Source: Diplonema japonicum (Eukaryota > Protista > Euglenozoa: Diplonemea). From it: a DNA stretch of 64,000 bases. Below the pieces are notes generated by a model. That model did not search any database. It was given only the letters and a program-made list of their open reading frames with translations, and had not been told where the DNA came from. The DNA lies in the NCBI GenBank assembly GCA_964019335.1, contig OZ025719.1, forward strand, positions 427,450 through 491,449, in the 5' to 3' direction. The position numbers and the translations under genes were made by a program. Below are positions 22,583-33,592 of the stretch, piece by piece (position 1 is the first letter of the stretch; every line of letters begins with the position of its first letter).

Positions 22583-23323
22583 AGGAACCGAGAATGGCAT
22601 TTAACAACTAACCCTTACTGCCGACTGCGCTCCAGCGCTCTCGTGTGACTTGGTTGATGTAGTAGGTGAGGGCGAAAAATGTTTTTTTTTTTTTTTTTTT
22701 TTTTTTTGGCTCTGATTCAGTGATGAGAATTAACATGTGTAATTGTAGTTATCAAAAAAGAATGTTGGGCAGCATTGTGCGTTACACGTAATCTCTTTAC
22801 TAGTAACCATTACGCATACCTGTATTCTTTTTTCGGGAAAAGAAGAAGAAAGTAGAAAAAAGAGAACATCCACCCTCTTCATCCCTCGGGAGTCGAAAAA
22901 TTATTATCGAATTAAATCTCGTGTAACGCTTGCGGTATATGGTCGACCTACAGGGATGTTTTACAAAGATTCACAGATTTCTTATTTTACTTTTCCCGTA
23001 TTCAGAAATATGGTCTACAGGAAGAATGCCGAGATTTCTTTTTATTTGCTCCCCTCAAAGTGCCGAAAAAAGAATTTGCTTCGTGGCTATATCTCGTGTA
23101 TAATATTTCTTTCTTGTAGGGGACATATTTATTAAATGCGGTAAATCGATAACGTTGAAATAAGAAGAAAAGAAGGAGGAAGGGATGACATGGAGATTCA
23201 AAGAAGCACATCGAATGTGTTTTTCGCTGCTGACCTACACCTCGTGCAGGGCGTCTCCTTTATCTCTTACATATTAATTATTTTATTCACACCGAACTCC
23301 ACAACAGGGACTTACAAGAATAG

Positions 23324-24268
23324 ATGGAAAAGAAGGGCCAAGTCGCAGCTGTTGTTGGAATGGGTCTCCTCACGGGTGGCTTCCTGTACTGTTTGAACAA
23401 GATGAGAGGCGGTAAGAAGAAGGCACTGAAGGGAAAAGAGAAGATTGAGCTACAACTTATTAAGATCGAAGGGATCACCCATAACACGAGGGTGTACACC
23501 TTTGCGCTCCCTGACCCGGATGCCATCTTAGGTTTACCAATTGGGAACCACGTATCAGCCAGTACCAAGATTGATGGCAAGCTTGTGTCCAGAGCTTACA
23601 CACCCATCTCGAGTGACGTGGATGTGGGAGTCTTGAAACTGGCTATCAAGGTGTACCCCGACGGTTTGCTGACTCAGCACATGGATAAGATGCAGATTTC
23701 GGATACTCTCCTGTTCTCTGGCCCTACTGGGCACTTCAGCTACCATGGTGACGGCAGTTTCACTTGTACCAAAAAGCCCCACCCCCCGGCCAAGCAGAAG
23801 GTAAAGTCATTCGCAATGCTTGCAGGCGGCACCGGTATCACCCCGTGCTTGCAGGTCATGGAAGCCATCCATCGCGATCCGACTGACAAAACGAAGGTCT
23901 ACCTCCTCTTCGCCAACACTTCTGTCGACGATATCCTCTTGCGCGACAAGCTTGAGCAGCTTGCTGCAGAGAGGCCTGGGCAGTTCCATGTAAGGTATAC
24001 ATAACAAATTTGTTGTTTGACCCACCGCAGGTTTACTATCGATAAAGCCCCAGAAGAGTGGGTGCATAGCTCTGGGCGCATCAATGAAGAAATGATGAGA
24101 GACCACCTTGGCCCCGTTGAGGTATGCACCAACCACGCTACATGACCTATTCACATGACACAGGACTCGCTTGCACTGATGTGCGGCCCCCCGGGGATGA
24201 TAAAATTCGCCTGCCTCCCCAACCTGGAGACTCTCGGTTGGACGAAGGAGAAGAGGTTCCAGTTCTAG
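23324..24268 (+). CDS. NADH-cytochrome b5 reductase (3 exons)
   Basis: Motifs [24 protein letters not shown]. Introns 23995-24030 and 24122-24163 restore the C-terminal LMCGPPGMI...RFQF*. Confidence 0.93.
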
Positions 24269-24389
24269 CTCTGTTTTCGAACAAGTTAGACGTGATTTCG
24301 GTGCGTGATTGCACCTTTTCTTTTTTTTTTTTACATTTGTTGAGGCTCCAAAAAGGAGCAACAAGAGATAGACCCCCCACCCCCCCTAA

Positions 24390-24540
24390 GGCTATGCTGG
24401 CAGGAAACGTTTCCGTTTCCGTTTCCATACTTTTCAAAATTCTTATGGAAACGCGTTTCCTTCTTAAGGAAACGTTTCCGTTTCCGTTTCCCCTTTTTTC
24501 AAAAAGTGCATGGAAACGCGTTTCCATGCCAGCATGGCCC
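24390..24540. mobile_element. About 150-bp MITE-like element with TIRs and internal GGAAAC(G)(C)GTTTCC palindromes
   Basis: Left end GGCTATGCTGGCAGGAAACG and right end CGTTTCCATGCCAGCATGGCC form a near-perfect IR. (C)TAA is present on both flanks. An internal unit is duplicated. Confidence 0.65.
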
Positions 24541-24702
24541 TAAGGGTGGTCCTCAAGTGGGATTTGCCCTTAAACATCGCCTTTGTTCTCAGCGCGTATA
24601 CGGATTATCTGTGGCGCAGTGCCCAAACCCTGCCTGCCACGTGCTCTCACATATTCTATAGCAAGTGCTTTTTGTTCAGACTGGACGCACACCACAGGCA
24701 AG

Positions 24703-27216
24703 ATGGATGACCAGAGCCCTCTGCTGTCGGCAGCCGCAAGAAGGGGGTCTTTGCAAAGGGAACAACAACACGTGAGTAGCAGAAATTCGAAGAATTTGAA
24801 GGATCTCATCAACCACACGCGGATAGGCAACCAGCTACTTGGGAAGGCGAAAAAGGTCAAAGGAAAGAACGAGCAAGGAACGCAGGAGGAACAGGAGGAC
24901 GATGATGACATTACGAAACAAGTGTTAGGAGTGATGCAAATGAAGAATATTATGAATGACAGCACTGGGAGCAAGGCTTCGACGGGAACACAAACGGTGC
25001 GGAGAGGGCCGTATGAGCTGGACAGTGTTGAGTTGCAGGCAATCAGGGACGGCAGGTCAGAGGTGATGGAGATGCTGAGACTCACTGGACTCATCGCAGA
25101 CACGACGACATCAGAGCTGCTAGGCGACGCAAAGATGGAGGACAACTTCCAAGCAAGCAGGACCATTGCCAACACAACAGACCGCATTGCCGCTTTAATA
25201 CAAGAAGAGATGCACAGTGAAAATGGCGTCTCTCCTGATTCCCTGGGAAGAATGAAGAAAATGATCGGTCCCTACGGCCAGCTCCATCAGGCCAAATTCA
25301 TGCTCCGAAGACAGGAGGAGAAGATTAATGAGATTATGAGAAAGGTACATGCTCAGAATTCGAAGAAAGAAGTCGCGGCAAAGCCTGTTGTGAAGGAGTC
25401 AGAGGCCATGCTGCAACTGAAGGTCGAGGCGCTGGTAGATAGGATTAAAAGAGCAGATAAGGAGTTCCAATTTTGCGAGAGCCAGCTGAAGGAAGCTCAG
25501 GCAGACGTGCAAGGCCTCAAGCACGAGCTCGTGATGGCGCGGAGTAAAGGGGAACGCGCATCAGGCCATGCCAATAGCTTCATCAAGAACGTCGCCGAGA
25601 TGGTGGCTGACCTCACTGCAAAGGAGGAAGTGCAGCACAGTGACCTTTCTGGTTTTGTCGGCAGCATCAAAGACGCACTGCGGCAGTGGTCGGCTGATGG
25701 AGAGGCGCCGGATTCCCAAGCTGTGATGGAAGCGGTGCAGAATGCAGCGAACAAGTCCCTGAATACTGTAGGGGGTGCCACCATGTCAAAGGCGACAAAT
25801 GATAAGCTCGTCGCAACGCTTAAGGAGAGTGCCCTAACCTTGCGTGGAGTCAGCAAGGGCATGATTCATGTGGATGAGATGCCCTCGAGCATAGACGAGG
25901 TTATAGACAACTTTAAGAAGGTCAGCGCTTCTGTCTCTGATAGGGTGTCATGCATACGTGTCAAGCTGGACCAGATAGCGGAGGAGGTCGGCATTAAGGA
26001 AGAGGAAGGCTCGATGCTGTCTGACATGGAGAGGATAGATTTCACGCTGTCCATGATGCATACGAAGGTGCAAACATTGATCGAGCTTGCTGTCGCAGAG
26101 AAGCTCATCACTATTGAGCAGAACTGGGCACTCGAGATCGAGAGGTTGAACGAGCAGCGGAACAACATGGAGCAGGAAGCACTCACAGCTACGAATACAA
26201 TTACCAACAAACTGAAGCAGCGGCTTGCGAAGTGGCAGGGGACACGAGCAAGGCTCACTTTTTCAAGAATAACGATACAGCTGAAGCTGAAAAAGCTGAC
26301 AAGCGCGAAGCTGATCTTGCCGAGATGGGTGGCACTCAAGCTGCGGAAGTCCTACTGTGTTGACCTGATGAAGAACTTGCGTGACTACTGTTTAGTAAAC
26401 AATGAAATATGTACGCTCACCAAAAAGGCATGGGAAAGCTACTACAATGCCGTAGCGCCCATATACGCCCCCTGGCACCTCAGCCCCTCGTGCAGTACCT
26501 CCATGAACGTAGCGCTCCTCTCCAAGAACGAGTCCGTCTCCGCTGGGCTATGGCAGGTGCTCGAGTCGCAGATTTTGTTCAGAAGCGATGTCATCGATGA
26601 CACCTTCTCCAAGTACGCAAGGGGCTTGACTACACTGATGTTCACTAACTCATTGGTCGACAGCTGCATGAAGATACAGCGGCAGGAGGATTTCACGAAG
26701 CAAGCAAACTGGAGAGTATACCAGCAGCTGAAGGAAGATCAAAATGATCATGAAGTCAAACATGCTGCAGTGCGTAAGAACCCAAGAGGCCCCGTCAGGC
26801 ACACGCGCAACATGGATACAAGCCTATTGGAAGAAGAATCAAGCACTATATGGGACTCAGCCGGCCTTGGTCCCTATCACGACGTACCTGTGTATGCTAG
26901 CGGAATGCTGGGTGTTCACAAAGCTTCTGGTAGCACGAAGCCATTCCGAGTGCCAGTGAAGCCGCAAGGTAATCCTAGTGCAGCAAAGCGCCAACCGCCC
27001 GCTGTCGTGAATCATGTGAAGACGAGCGATAACGTGCCATCTGTAAGCAACAGCAATATGGAGCTGCAAGGCACGCTGCCCCCGTTGTGCCTCACGCAAC
27101 AAGAGTTCCCTTCGAACAACGTTATACTTGGAGGTCTGAACAGGGTAGGCGCTGGCTTGCGCCACGTATCGCCTTCGCCGGCGAAGAAAACTAAACCTCT
27201 TCCGAGGATTGTCTAG
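24703..27216 (+). CDS. Hypothetical coiled-coil protein
   Basis: Long uninterrupted ORF. ATG 24703 follows a CACAG acceptor-like site. Heptad-rich central region. Confidence 0.75.
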   Translation: MDDQSPLLSAAARRGSLQREQQHVSSRNSKNLKDLINHTRIGNQLLGKAKKVKGKNEQGTQEEQEDDDDITKQVLGVMQMKNIMNDSTGSKASTGTQTVRRGPYELDSVELQAIRDGRSEVMEMLRLTGLIADTTTSELLGDAKMEDNFQASRTIANTTDRIAALIQEEMHSENGVSPDSLGRMKKMIGPYGQLHQAKFMLRRQEEKINEIMRKVHAQNSKKEVAAKPVVKESEAMLQLKVEALVDRIKRADKEFQFCESQLKEAQADVQGLKHELVMARSKGERASGHANSFIKNVAEMVADLTAKEEVQHSDLSGFVGSIKDALRQWSADGEAPDSQAVMEAVQNAANKSLNTVGGATMSKATNDKLVATLKESALTLRGVSKGMIHVDEMPSSIDEVIDNFKKVSASVSDRVSCIRVKLDQIAEEVGIKEEEGSMLSDMERIDFTLSMMHTKVQTLIELAVAEKLITIEQNWALEIERLNEQRNNMEQEALTATNTITNKLKQRLAKWQGTRARLTFSRITIQLKLKKLTSAKLILPRWVALKLRKSYCVDLMKNLRDYCLVNNEICTLTKKAWESYYNAVAPIYAPWHLSPSCSTSMNVALLSKNESVSAGLWQVLESQILFRSDVIDDTFSKYARGLTTLMFTNSLVDSCMKIQRQEDFTKQANWRVYQQLKEDQNDHEVKHAAVRKNPRGPVRHTRNMDTSLLEEESSTIWDSAGLGPYHDVPVYASGMLGVHKASGSTKPFRVPVKPQGNPSAAKRQPPAVVNHVKTSDNVPSVSNSNMELQGTLPPLCLTQQEFPSNNVILGGLNRVGAGLRHVSPSPAKKTKPLPRIV

Positions 27217-27263
27217 GATACAAGTTGCTGGTATTAGTTACTCCTTATCAGATTTACAGCAGC

Positions 27264-27521
27264 ATGACACCTAAGTATGTGAAGAGCGTGTGTCATGCCT
27301 ACTCCCGCGGGTGCTGTTCATGGGGTGCCCGCTGCGCCTTCACGCACGATGCGTCGTTGGTGCCAAGCAAGCTGCGGGGCATCCCTGCAGCACTGTTGAC
27401 GGTGGCAAGCAGGTCGACTGATGACTGCTGCATTCGGTGTAGGGGAAAGGGCGAAAGCAAGTGTGATGTATGCCACCGAAGCCTCAAGCCAAAAAGGCAG
27501 GTAGTTCAACGCACGGTCTAG
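27264..27521 (+). CDS. Small CCCH zinc-finger protein
   Basis: CHAYSRGCCSWGARCAFTH (C-x7-C-x5-C-x3-H) plus CIRC...CDVC. Confidence 0.65.
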   Translation: MTPKYVKSVCHAYSRGCCSWGARCAFTHDASLVPSKLRGIPAALLTVASRSTDDCCIRCRGKGESKCDVCHRSLKPKRQVVQRTV

Positions 27522-27828
27522 TTATCACTAGACTACTATATGTTTATTCATGTCACGCTTTTTTAAACAGGCACCACCAAGAGGGGCTCGGATCGCCAAA
27601 AAAGATTTTTTAGTATTTTTTGCCCGATATGGGGTTTCGGATCGATCACCACCCGGTATTTACTTAGAATCGATCGGTCAAACCCGGGTTTTTGATTCCG
27701 CTGACCCGTCGGAAACCTGACTATGATCGAAAATCTAAAATTCTCAGGTTGGGTTTCAAAGCCCAATGGTTAACCCTGGTTATTGGTCGGCTTAAATGGG
27801 TTTTCATCACAGGTATAATTGAATTAAA

Positions 27829-28783
27829 ATGGCAACAGAAAAGGTTCAGAAGGCGGCAAAGAGGCCTGCCAAGCCTCAGGCGAGCCAGATGAGGGCGGCG
27901 CTGAATGGTGTTCTATTCATGGCGGGGTTCACCGCCATTTTGTTCTTTCTGGACACACCCGAGAATGATGTGGACCCTCTGAGCATCATCATAAGGATGT
28001 CGGCGACCTTTGCAGTACTTGTGGTGCTGCACGTTGCCGTGCTACGCAAGATGACGTCGCCGTACTACATTGCGCACATCATCATCAACTTCTCGATCTG
28101 CGTGCTGACCTTCCCTGACCTGGTCTACATCCTCACTGACACTGTGGACGCCCTGAAGGTCACTAAGGTGAACACTTGGGCTCTGGAACTCTGCAACGCC
28201 CTGCATTTGTACCACGTGGCTGTCTTCACAGACCTCAGGTTTGTCGACTACCTGCACCATATCGTGATGGTGTTCTTCTGCATGCCGCTGTTCTACGTCG
28301 CCGAGTACGGGCCTCTTGCTAACTACAACATGTTCTTCGTGTCCGGTCTGCCGGGTGGCTTGGACTACATCATGCTTTGCTTGGTACGCGAAAAGAAGAT
28401 GAAGAAGTTGGAAGAGAAGAAATGGAACACGAGCATCAACATCTGGCTCAGGGGACCCTTCCTTCTTGGGTCCGTTTTCTTTTCCCACGTGCAGGTTTCG
28501 CTTCTGCGGGATGTGCTGTCCACCAGCCAGATCATCTGCCGCTACATCTGCCAGGCCATCCAGTTCTGGAATGCCATGTACTTCACCGAGTCTGTTGTGG
28601 GTGACTACTACAGGCTGTCGCTCCAGAGGGGCAAGATCGCCCTGTACCACGACCTGAGGTATGCTTTTAAGGAAGTGTAACATTCAACACAGCGAAGATG
28701 AGGAAGAAGAGGACAAGAATGGTGGCGTTGCTGTCACAGAGCGCCTCATCGGAGGCGCTAAGAGCGCGCAAAAAGAAGACTAA
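27829..28783 (+). CDS. TLC (TRAM/LAG1/CLN8)-like membrane protein (2 exons)
   Basis: LHHIVMV and SGLPGGLDY..L.LV...EKKWN..INIWLRGP motifs. Intron 28659-28692 adds an acidic tail ending at TAA 28781-28783. Confidence 0.75.
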
Positions 28784-29450
28784 GCACTAAACCTGCTACT
28801 ATACATACTGCTAATCTGTGCCCAGTGTTCTATCGAGTGTCTCTGTATTCCGTTTCTTGCGTACTATCCGTACTAAAGTGTTGCAAAGGTTGAGGACAAG
28901 TTGTGTTGGAGGTGTCAAAGAGTGCGGCATGAGTTTTAGCGCACATTCAGAAAACGAAAGCCGGCTTGTGTTCTAGCCTTTTGCATATTTTTAGAAGAAG
29001 AAAAAAGAAAAAGAAAGAAATCATCGTGTTTGCGTGTGCTGTGTTTCTCCCTCTTTGTCCCGGATGGCCGAGTGCCTTGCTCATGGCGGCGCGTCCCTGC
29101 AACTCTTTTACGTGGTTGTTTCCTCAGGCTTTGCTCGGATCACCGCCGCCATCGCTAAAGAGCCCTTCTTGTTACGAACGGAAGGACAGGTTTTCACCCT
29201 CTCTGTCATCTTATTTTTTTTTTTATACTTGTTTTATTTCCCCCATTTCTTTTTTATTGGTTTTGGGCATGCGCAGTTCAGTTTGGCGAGCTGCATGTCT
29301 GTTCCCCTTATTTAAGACGTTTCCTTTTTATATATATTTTTTTATTATTGTTTATTTAAAATTTCGAAGGAAAAAAAAAAACAAAGAACCCCCCCCGTTC
29401 CCCTTGAGCATCACGCTTGCAATTCACAAGAAGCGTCTCCAGGTGGCAAG

Positions 29451-30603
29451 ATGAATATGTCAAAAGTGCAACGAAGGATGATGGTGACCATGCATGATGG
29501 GAGGAGGCCCAAGATCTTGATCACTGGGTGTCTAGGGCAGGTGGGGTCTGCCCTTGTGAGGCTGCTGAGGTTCCAGTACGGGACTGACAGGGTGATAGCC
29601 ACCGATGTGATTGTCCCGAACAGGGAGTTCTACAGGGAGGGCCCCTTCATGTATGCTGACGTGACGCAGTACAACACGCTGGCGAAGATCGCAGTTGACA
29701 ACGGCGTGAACTGTGTCATCCACAACTCCTCCATCCAGAGCGTCACAGGCGAAGGCGACCCAGGCAAAACCCTCGACATCCACGTCAACGGCACACGCAA
29801 CGTGCTGGAGCTCGCCAAGCAGCTTAATCTCCGTGTGATCGCTCCCTCCTCCATTGCCATCTTCAGCAAAGAGTCCGGTCTTGACAACACCCCCGACCTG
29901 TATGTGTCACATTTTTTTTGATTATTTTCCATGACAACAGTGCTGTGATGAAGCCCACCACCATCTACGGGGTCTCCAAGTGCTTCCAGGAGAACATCGG
30001 TCTTTACTACAACAGGAAGTACGGCGTCGACTTCAGATCCGTGAGGTACCCCGGGATCCTGTCCACCCTCGAGGAAGGAACCAGCCCTGCTCTGACGGTA
30101 TTTTAAAAAGAAAAAACAAAAGAAACCCCCATGTACCTCTGCAGATGTTCCGCCCTACGACCGACGACTTTGCTATGATGTCCCTCCATGCGTACAAGAA
30201 CGGGGAGAAGTACACCTGTGGGCTTGACAAGGACAGGATGCTGCCGTTTTTGTTCATTGACGACTGTCTCACGGCAACGGAGACGTTGCTGGAGGCACCA
30301 CAGGAGGCCTTGAGCAAGAGGGCGTACAACTTGCAGGGATGTGCCTTCAGCCCGGGTATGTTCGAGGCGGAGGTGCAGAAGTTCCTCCCCGACTTCACGA
30401 TCGACTACGTGAAGGACTACAGGGACGAGATTGCCGCGTCGTGGCCGAACACTGTTGATGACTCTGCTTTCAGAAGTGATCTCAAGTGGAACCCTCACTT
30501 CGACCTCCCGGCCCTTGTGCAGGCCTCCCTTCAGAGGATGAAGATGATCGGCAAGACGTCTGCTTCGGACATCAACCTCGCACGCGCCGTCGGCTCCGCG
30601 TGA
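29451..30603 (+). CDS. TDH: L-threonine 3-dehydrogenase, SDR type (3 exons)
   Basis: KILITGCLGQVG, PSSIA, PTTIYGVSK, VDFRSVRYPG, IAASWP. Introns 29900-29940 and 30098-30144. Confidence 0.9.
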
Positions 30604-31701
30604 TCACCTGCTGCGGCATATTGCCAGATAGCCAGAGGGAGCTGAAGCAGGTCTTTTCCATACTTTTCAGATCCCGCCCGGTTGCCATCAAAAGAAAAAA
30701 AAAAAAAAAAAGTGGCCGCCTTGGAGTGGGAAAGAAGAAAAAAAAAAAAAGTAGTTCAAAATCCAAAACGAAAAAAAAATAATTTTTTTAAAAGGGAATA
30801 CATGGAAAAAAAAAAAAAAAAAAAAAAACGTTATATTTTTGTCAGAACCCCGACCAAGGGGGGGGGGGTCTTTTTTGCACCATGGCAGCTCATATGGTGG
30901 GTGGTAGTGATTTCCTTTTTTTTAATTTTTTGTTACACAAAGGTGTGCTGGGTCCACTCCCCCCCTAAACAGCTGGTCCTGTGCTCGCTTTTTTTTAACA
31001 TATTAAACCACCTCTCGCCCCTGCATTTTAAAAAAGAAGACGTAGAAATGAAAGAAGGAATTGTTTGGTTTGAAAAGATTCCCCACGAGTGGGACGATAT
31101 ACTTTTTCTTCATGCCGTAGGGTAGGGGCAGGTGTAATGTAATTTTTATTTTATTTATTTATATTTTTTTTTTGAGTTTAAGAGCCGCCAATGTACCGTA
31201 TTGGACGCCTAGTTTACTTTGTTCCCCTTCTATTTTATTTTCTTAAATCCTTCCCCCCGCATTCTTTTCTGTGGACCAACTAATTTAAAAAATGAGTGGC
31301 AAAATAATCCCCCCCCCCCGGACAAAAATAATCCACCTGACCATTTTTTGTTTCTTTGTTTAAAGGTATTACGTATCTTCCTCTAAATCATTACGAAGAA
31401 ATTAAAAAAAAAAGAACCCCGGTAACGAAAAAAGAGTTAGTTGGTTTTGCAGGATTTTTCTTTCTTTTTTTTTTAAAAAAAGTTTTAAAAAGTGGTTTAA
31501 ACCCCCCCCCCCCCCCCCAATCTCCCCCCTCTTCTTCTTCCTATTTCCTAGTCATCGGCTTTTTTTTTTATAGACCCTTTAGGAGTCCTGTCACGAAGGT
31601 ACCCCTTTGAATGTGTCTTTTTTTTGTTTTAGTTTTTATTCTTTTTTTTTGAAATCACAAAAAAAAAAAAAAAAAAAAAGAAGAAGCAAGCACCAACAAA
31701 A

Positions 31702-32406
31702 ATGACGGGAATGAGCCTCATGAAGGTAGTGATAGTTGGTGATGAAGGAGTGGGGAAGACAGCGTTCAGGTGCTGCTGGGAAGAGAACACGAACAGGGTG
31801 GGGGTGGGGGTTAATACAATCGGGGTGGACATTTCAACAGTAACCACAAGCAAGTTCAAAATACAGGTATGGGACTGCGCCGGGAGCTGTAAGTTCAGGA
31901 CCGAAGAAGTCATCCAGGCGTGCTACTTGAATGCCGACGTTGTAATAGTAATGGTGGACAGCAACAACAAGCAAGATGAAATCAAGAGCCGTGTCGCGTG
32001 GTGGTGCGATGAGGCGTCGAGGTACCGCAAAGCAGCTCGTGTGATAGTTGCTTTCAATAAGTCAGAAGATTTGGAGTCCGTTGTCGCAGAGCAGCTACTC
32101 ACCACCTTGACACCCCAGCATACTACCTCCTACCTCATATCCTCTTTGGAAAAAGGTGTAGGTGTCAATGCGCTTATACAGGACGTCTATGCTTATCACC
32201 CACCACCACCTTCAAGTAAGATTCATAAACCCAACACTCGGTCAACTCTGCCCCCTCCCAGCAGCGAGCCTCATAAAAGAAAGTCACGTGGGATCTCGTT
32301 ACGCCTCCCCTCGCCTCCTTCCAGCAGTATCGTGCACTCCATCGAAGCGACCGCTTCTTCCATCAGGGATTCTATTGTGGATAAGTTCAAGAAATTCTCG
32401 TTGTAG
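31702..32406 (+). CDS. Atypical Rab-like small GTPase
   Basis: GDEGVGKT (G1), TIGVD (G2), WDCAG (G3), NKSED (G4). No C-terminal prenylation cysteine. Confidence 0.8.
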   Translation: MTGMSLMKVVIVGDEGVGKTAFRCCWEENTNRVGVGVNTIGVDISTVTTSKFKIQVWDCAGSCKFRTEEVIQACYLNADVVIVMVDSNNKQDEIKSRVAWWCDEASRYRKAARVIVAFNKSEDLESVVAEQLLTTLTPQHTTSYLISSLEKGVGVNALIQDVYAYHPPPPSSKIHKPNTRSTLPPPSSEPHKRKSRGISLRLPSPPSSSIVHSIEATASSIRDSIVDKFKKFSL

Positions 32407-32414
32407 AAGTGATG

Positions 32415-32454
32415 TGGGATGGGATGGGATGGGATGGGATGGGATTGGGATGGG
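32415..32454. repeat. (TGGGA)n microsatellite
   Basis: About 7 tandem copies visible directly in the sequence. Confidence 0.9.
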
Positions 32455-33592
32455 GGGAGGAGGGGGTGGACAAAAAATAGTTTTTTTCTAACCCCCTTTT
32501 TTTTTGTTTTTGTCCCCCATGCCTACTTTTTTTTAAAAAAAGGAAAAGGAAAAAAGAAAAAAAAGAAAGGGTAGGCACACCACCACCCATGCGGTGGGGC
32601 GTGTTGCTGACACTTCTCCCCCCAGTGTCGGGAAAGCTTCTTTTTTTTTTTTTTTGAGCACTAAAACGCAAACTTTTAAAAGAAATAATTACTGTAAAAC
32701 AAAAGAAATACCGAAGTTTTCTTGTTAAGAAAAAGAATAATTTAGCGTTTTTTTTTTTTTCCTCATTTGGGGACGTGCATGAGAATGAGAGGAGAAATGT
32801 TCGACTACCCTTTCTGCTAGCTCCATTTAGATTACAAATACAGACCCGAAATGTTATTTTTAGCTTTACAGTAGTTATTTCCTTGTCTTCTTACCTCCGT
32901 CTTTCTTCTGTAATTAACAAGGGATTAGATGCACGGCAGGTTGGGGGCTTCGCGCCGGACGGCGTCCCTTTTAATAGGTCTTCGCCAGAAGGGCCTTCGC
33001 TAATGATCGCCCTTGCCAGCAGCCCTATTCATGATACTTTGATTGTGAATCACTCTTTCTCTTTTTCTTTTGTTTTTTTTTTTATATTTTCCTTGCGGTA
33101 CACGGTTTTTTGACAATAAATCTTTGGTTCGGTTTTCAGTTTCTCTCTTTTCCTATATTTCACACTTCTCCCTTTAACAAATGATATCTCTTAGCCAGAA
33201 GATTACACTTTTATATCCTTGTATTTTCGTTTAGCATTTGGGTGAATAATTCTTTGATCAATATTTAGAGGCTGAAAGGCAAAGCAAGGTTCAGAAGGGA
33301 TAAAGATAGCTCTTCGAGGATGTGGGATCGCCTTTACTTTGAGTTCCTTATCCCAAGTGTGTTTTTTTCTTCAGACAGGCATCTTGCTCCTCCGCCCGTT
33401 AGCGATTCTTCGAAGCACCCCTTGGCTTGAAATTGGATTAACAGCGTGTGTAAGTTGGTTGAGCGAAGAAAGAAAAAAAAAAAATAAAAAGAAAAGGAAT
33501 TAAAAAAAAAAAAAAAAAAAAAAAAACGCGGGCTTTTTCAGTATTTCTTGCCTATCAGAATAGTAGTTTCTTCGAAGGTATTAAAGGGCAAC

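Noticed and set aside
22612-22672. Hairpin after the ART gene (CCCTTACT/GGTGAGGG), possible H/ACA-like RNA
   Set aside because: Only the basal stem is convincing, and there is no clear AGA/ACA box.
24400-24530. Repeated palindromes as a CRISPR array
   Set aside because: No regular repeat-spacer period, no cas genes, eukaryotic context; better explained as a MITE.
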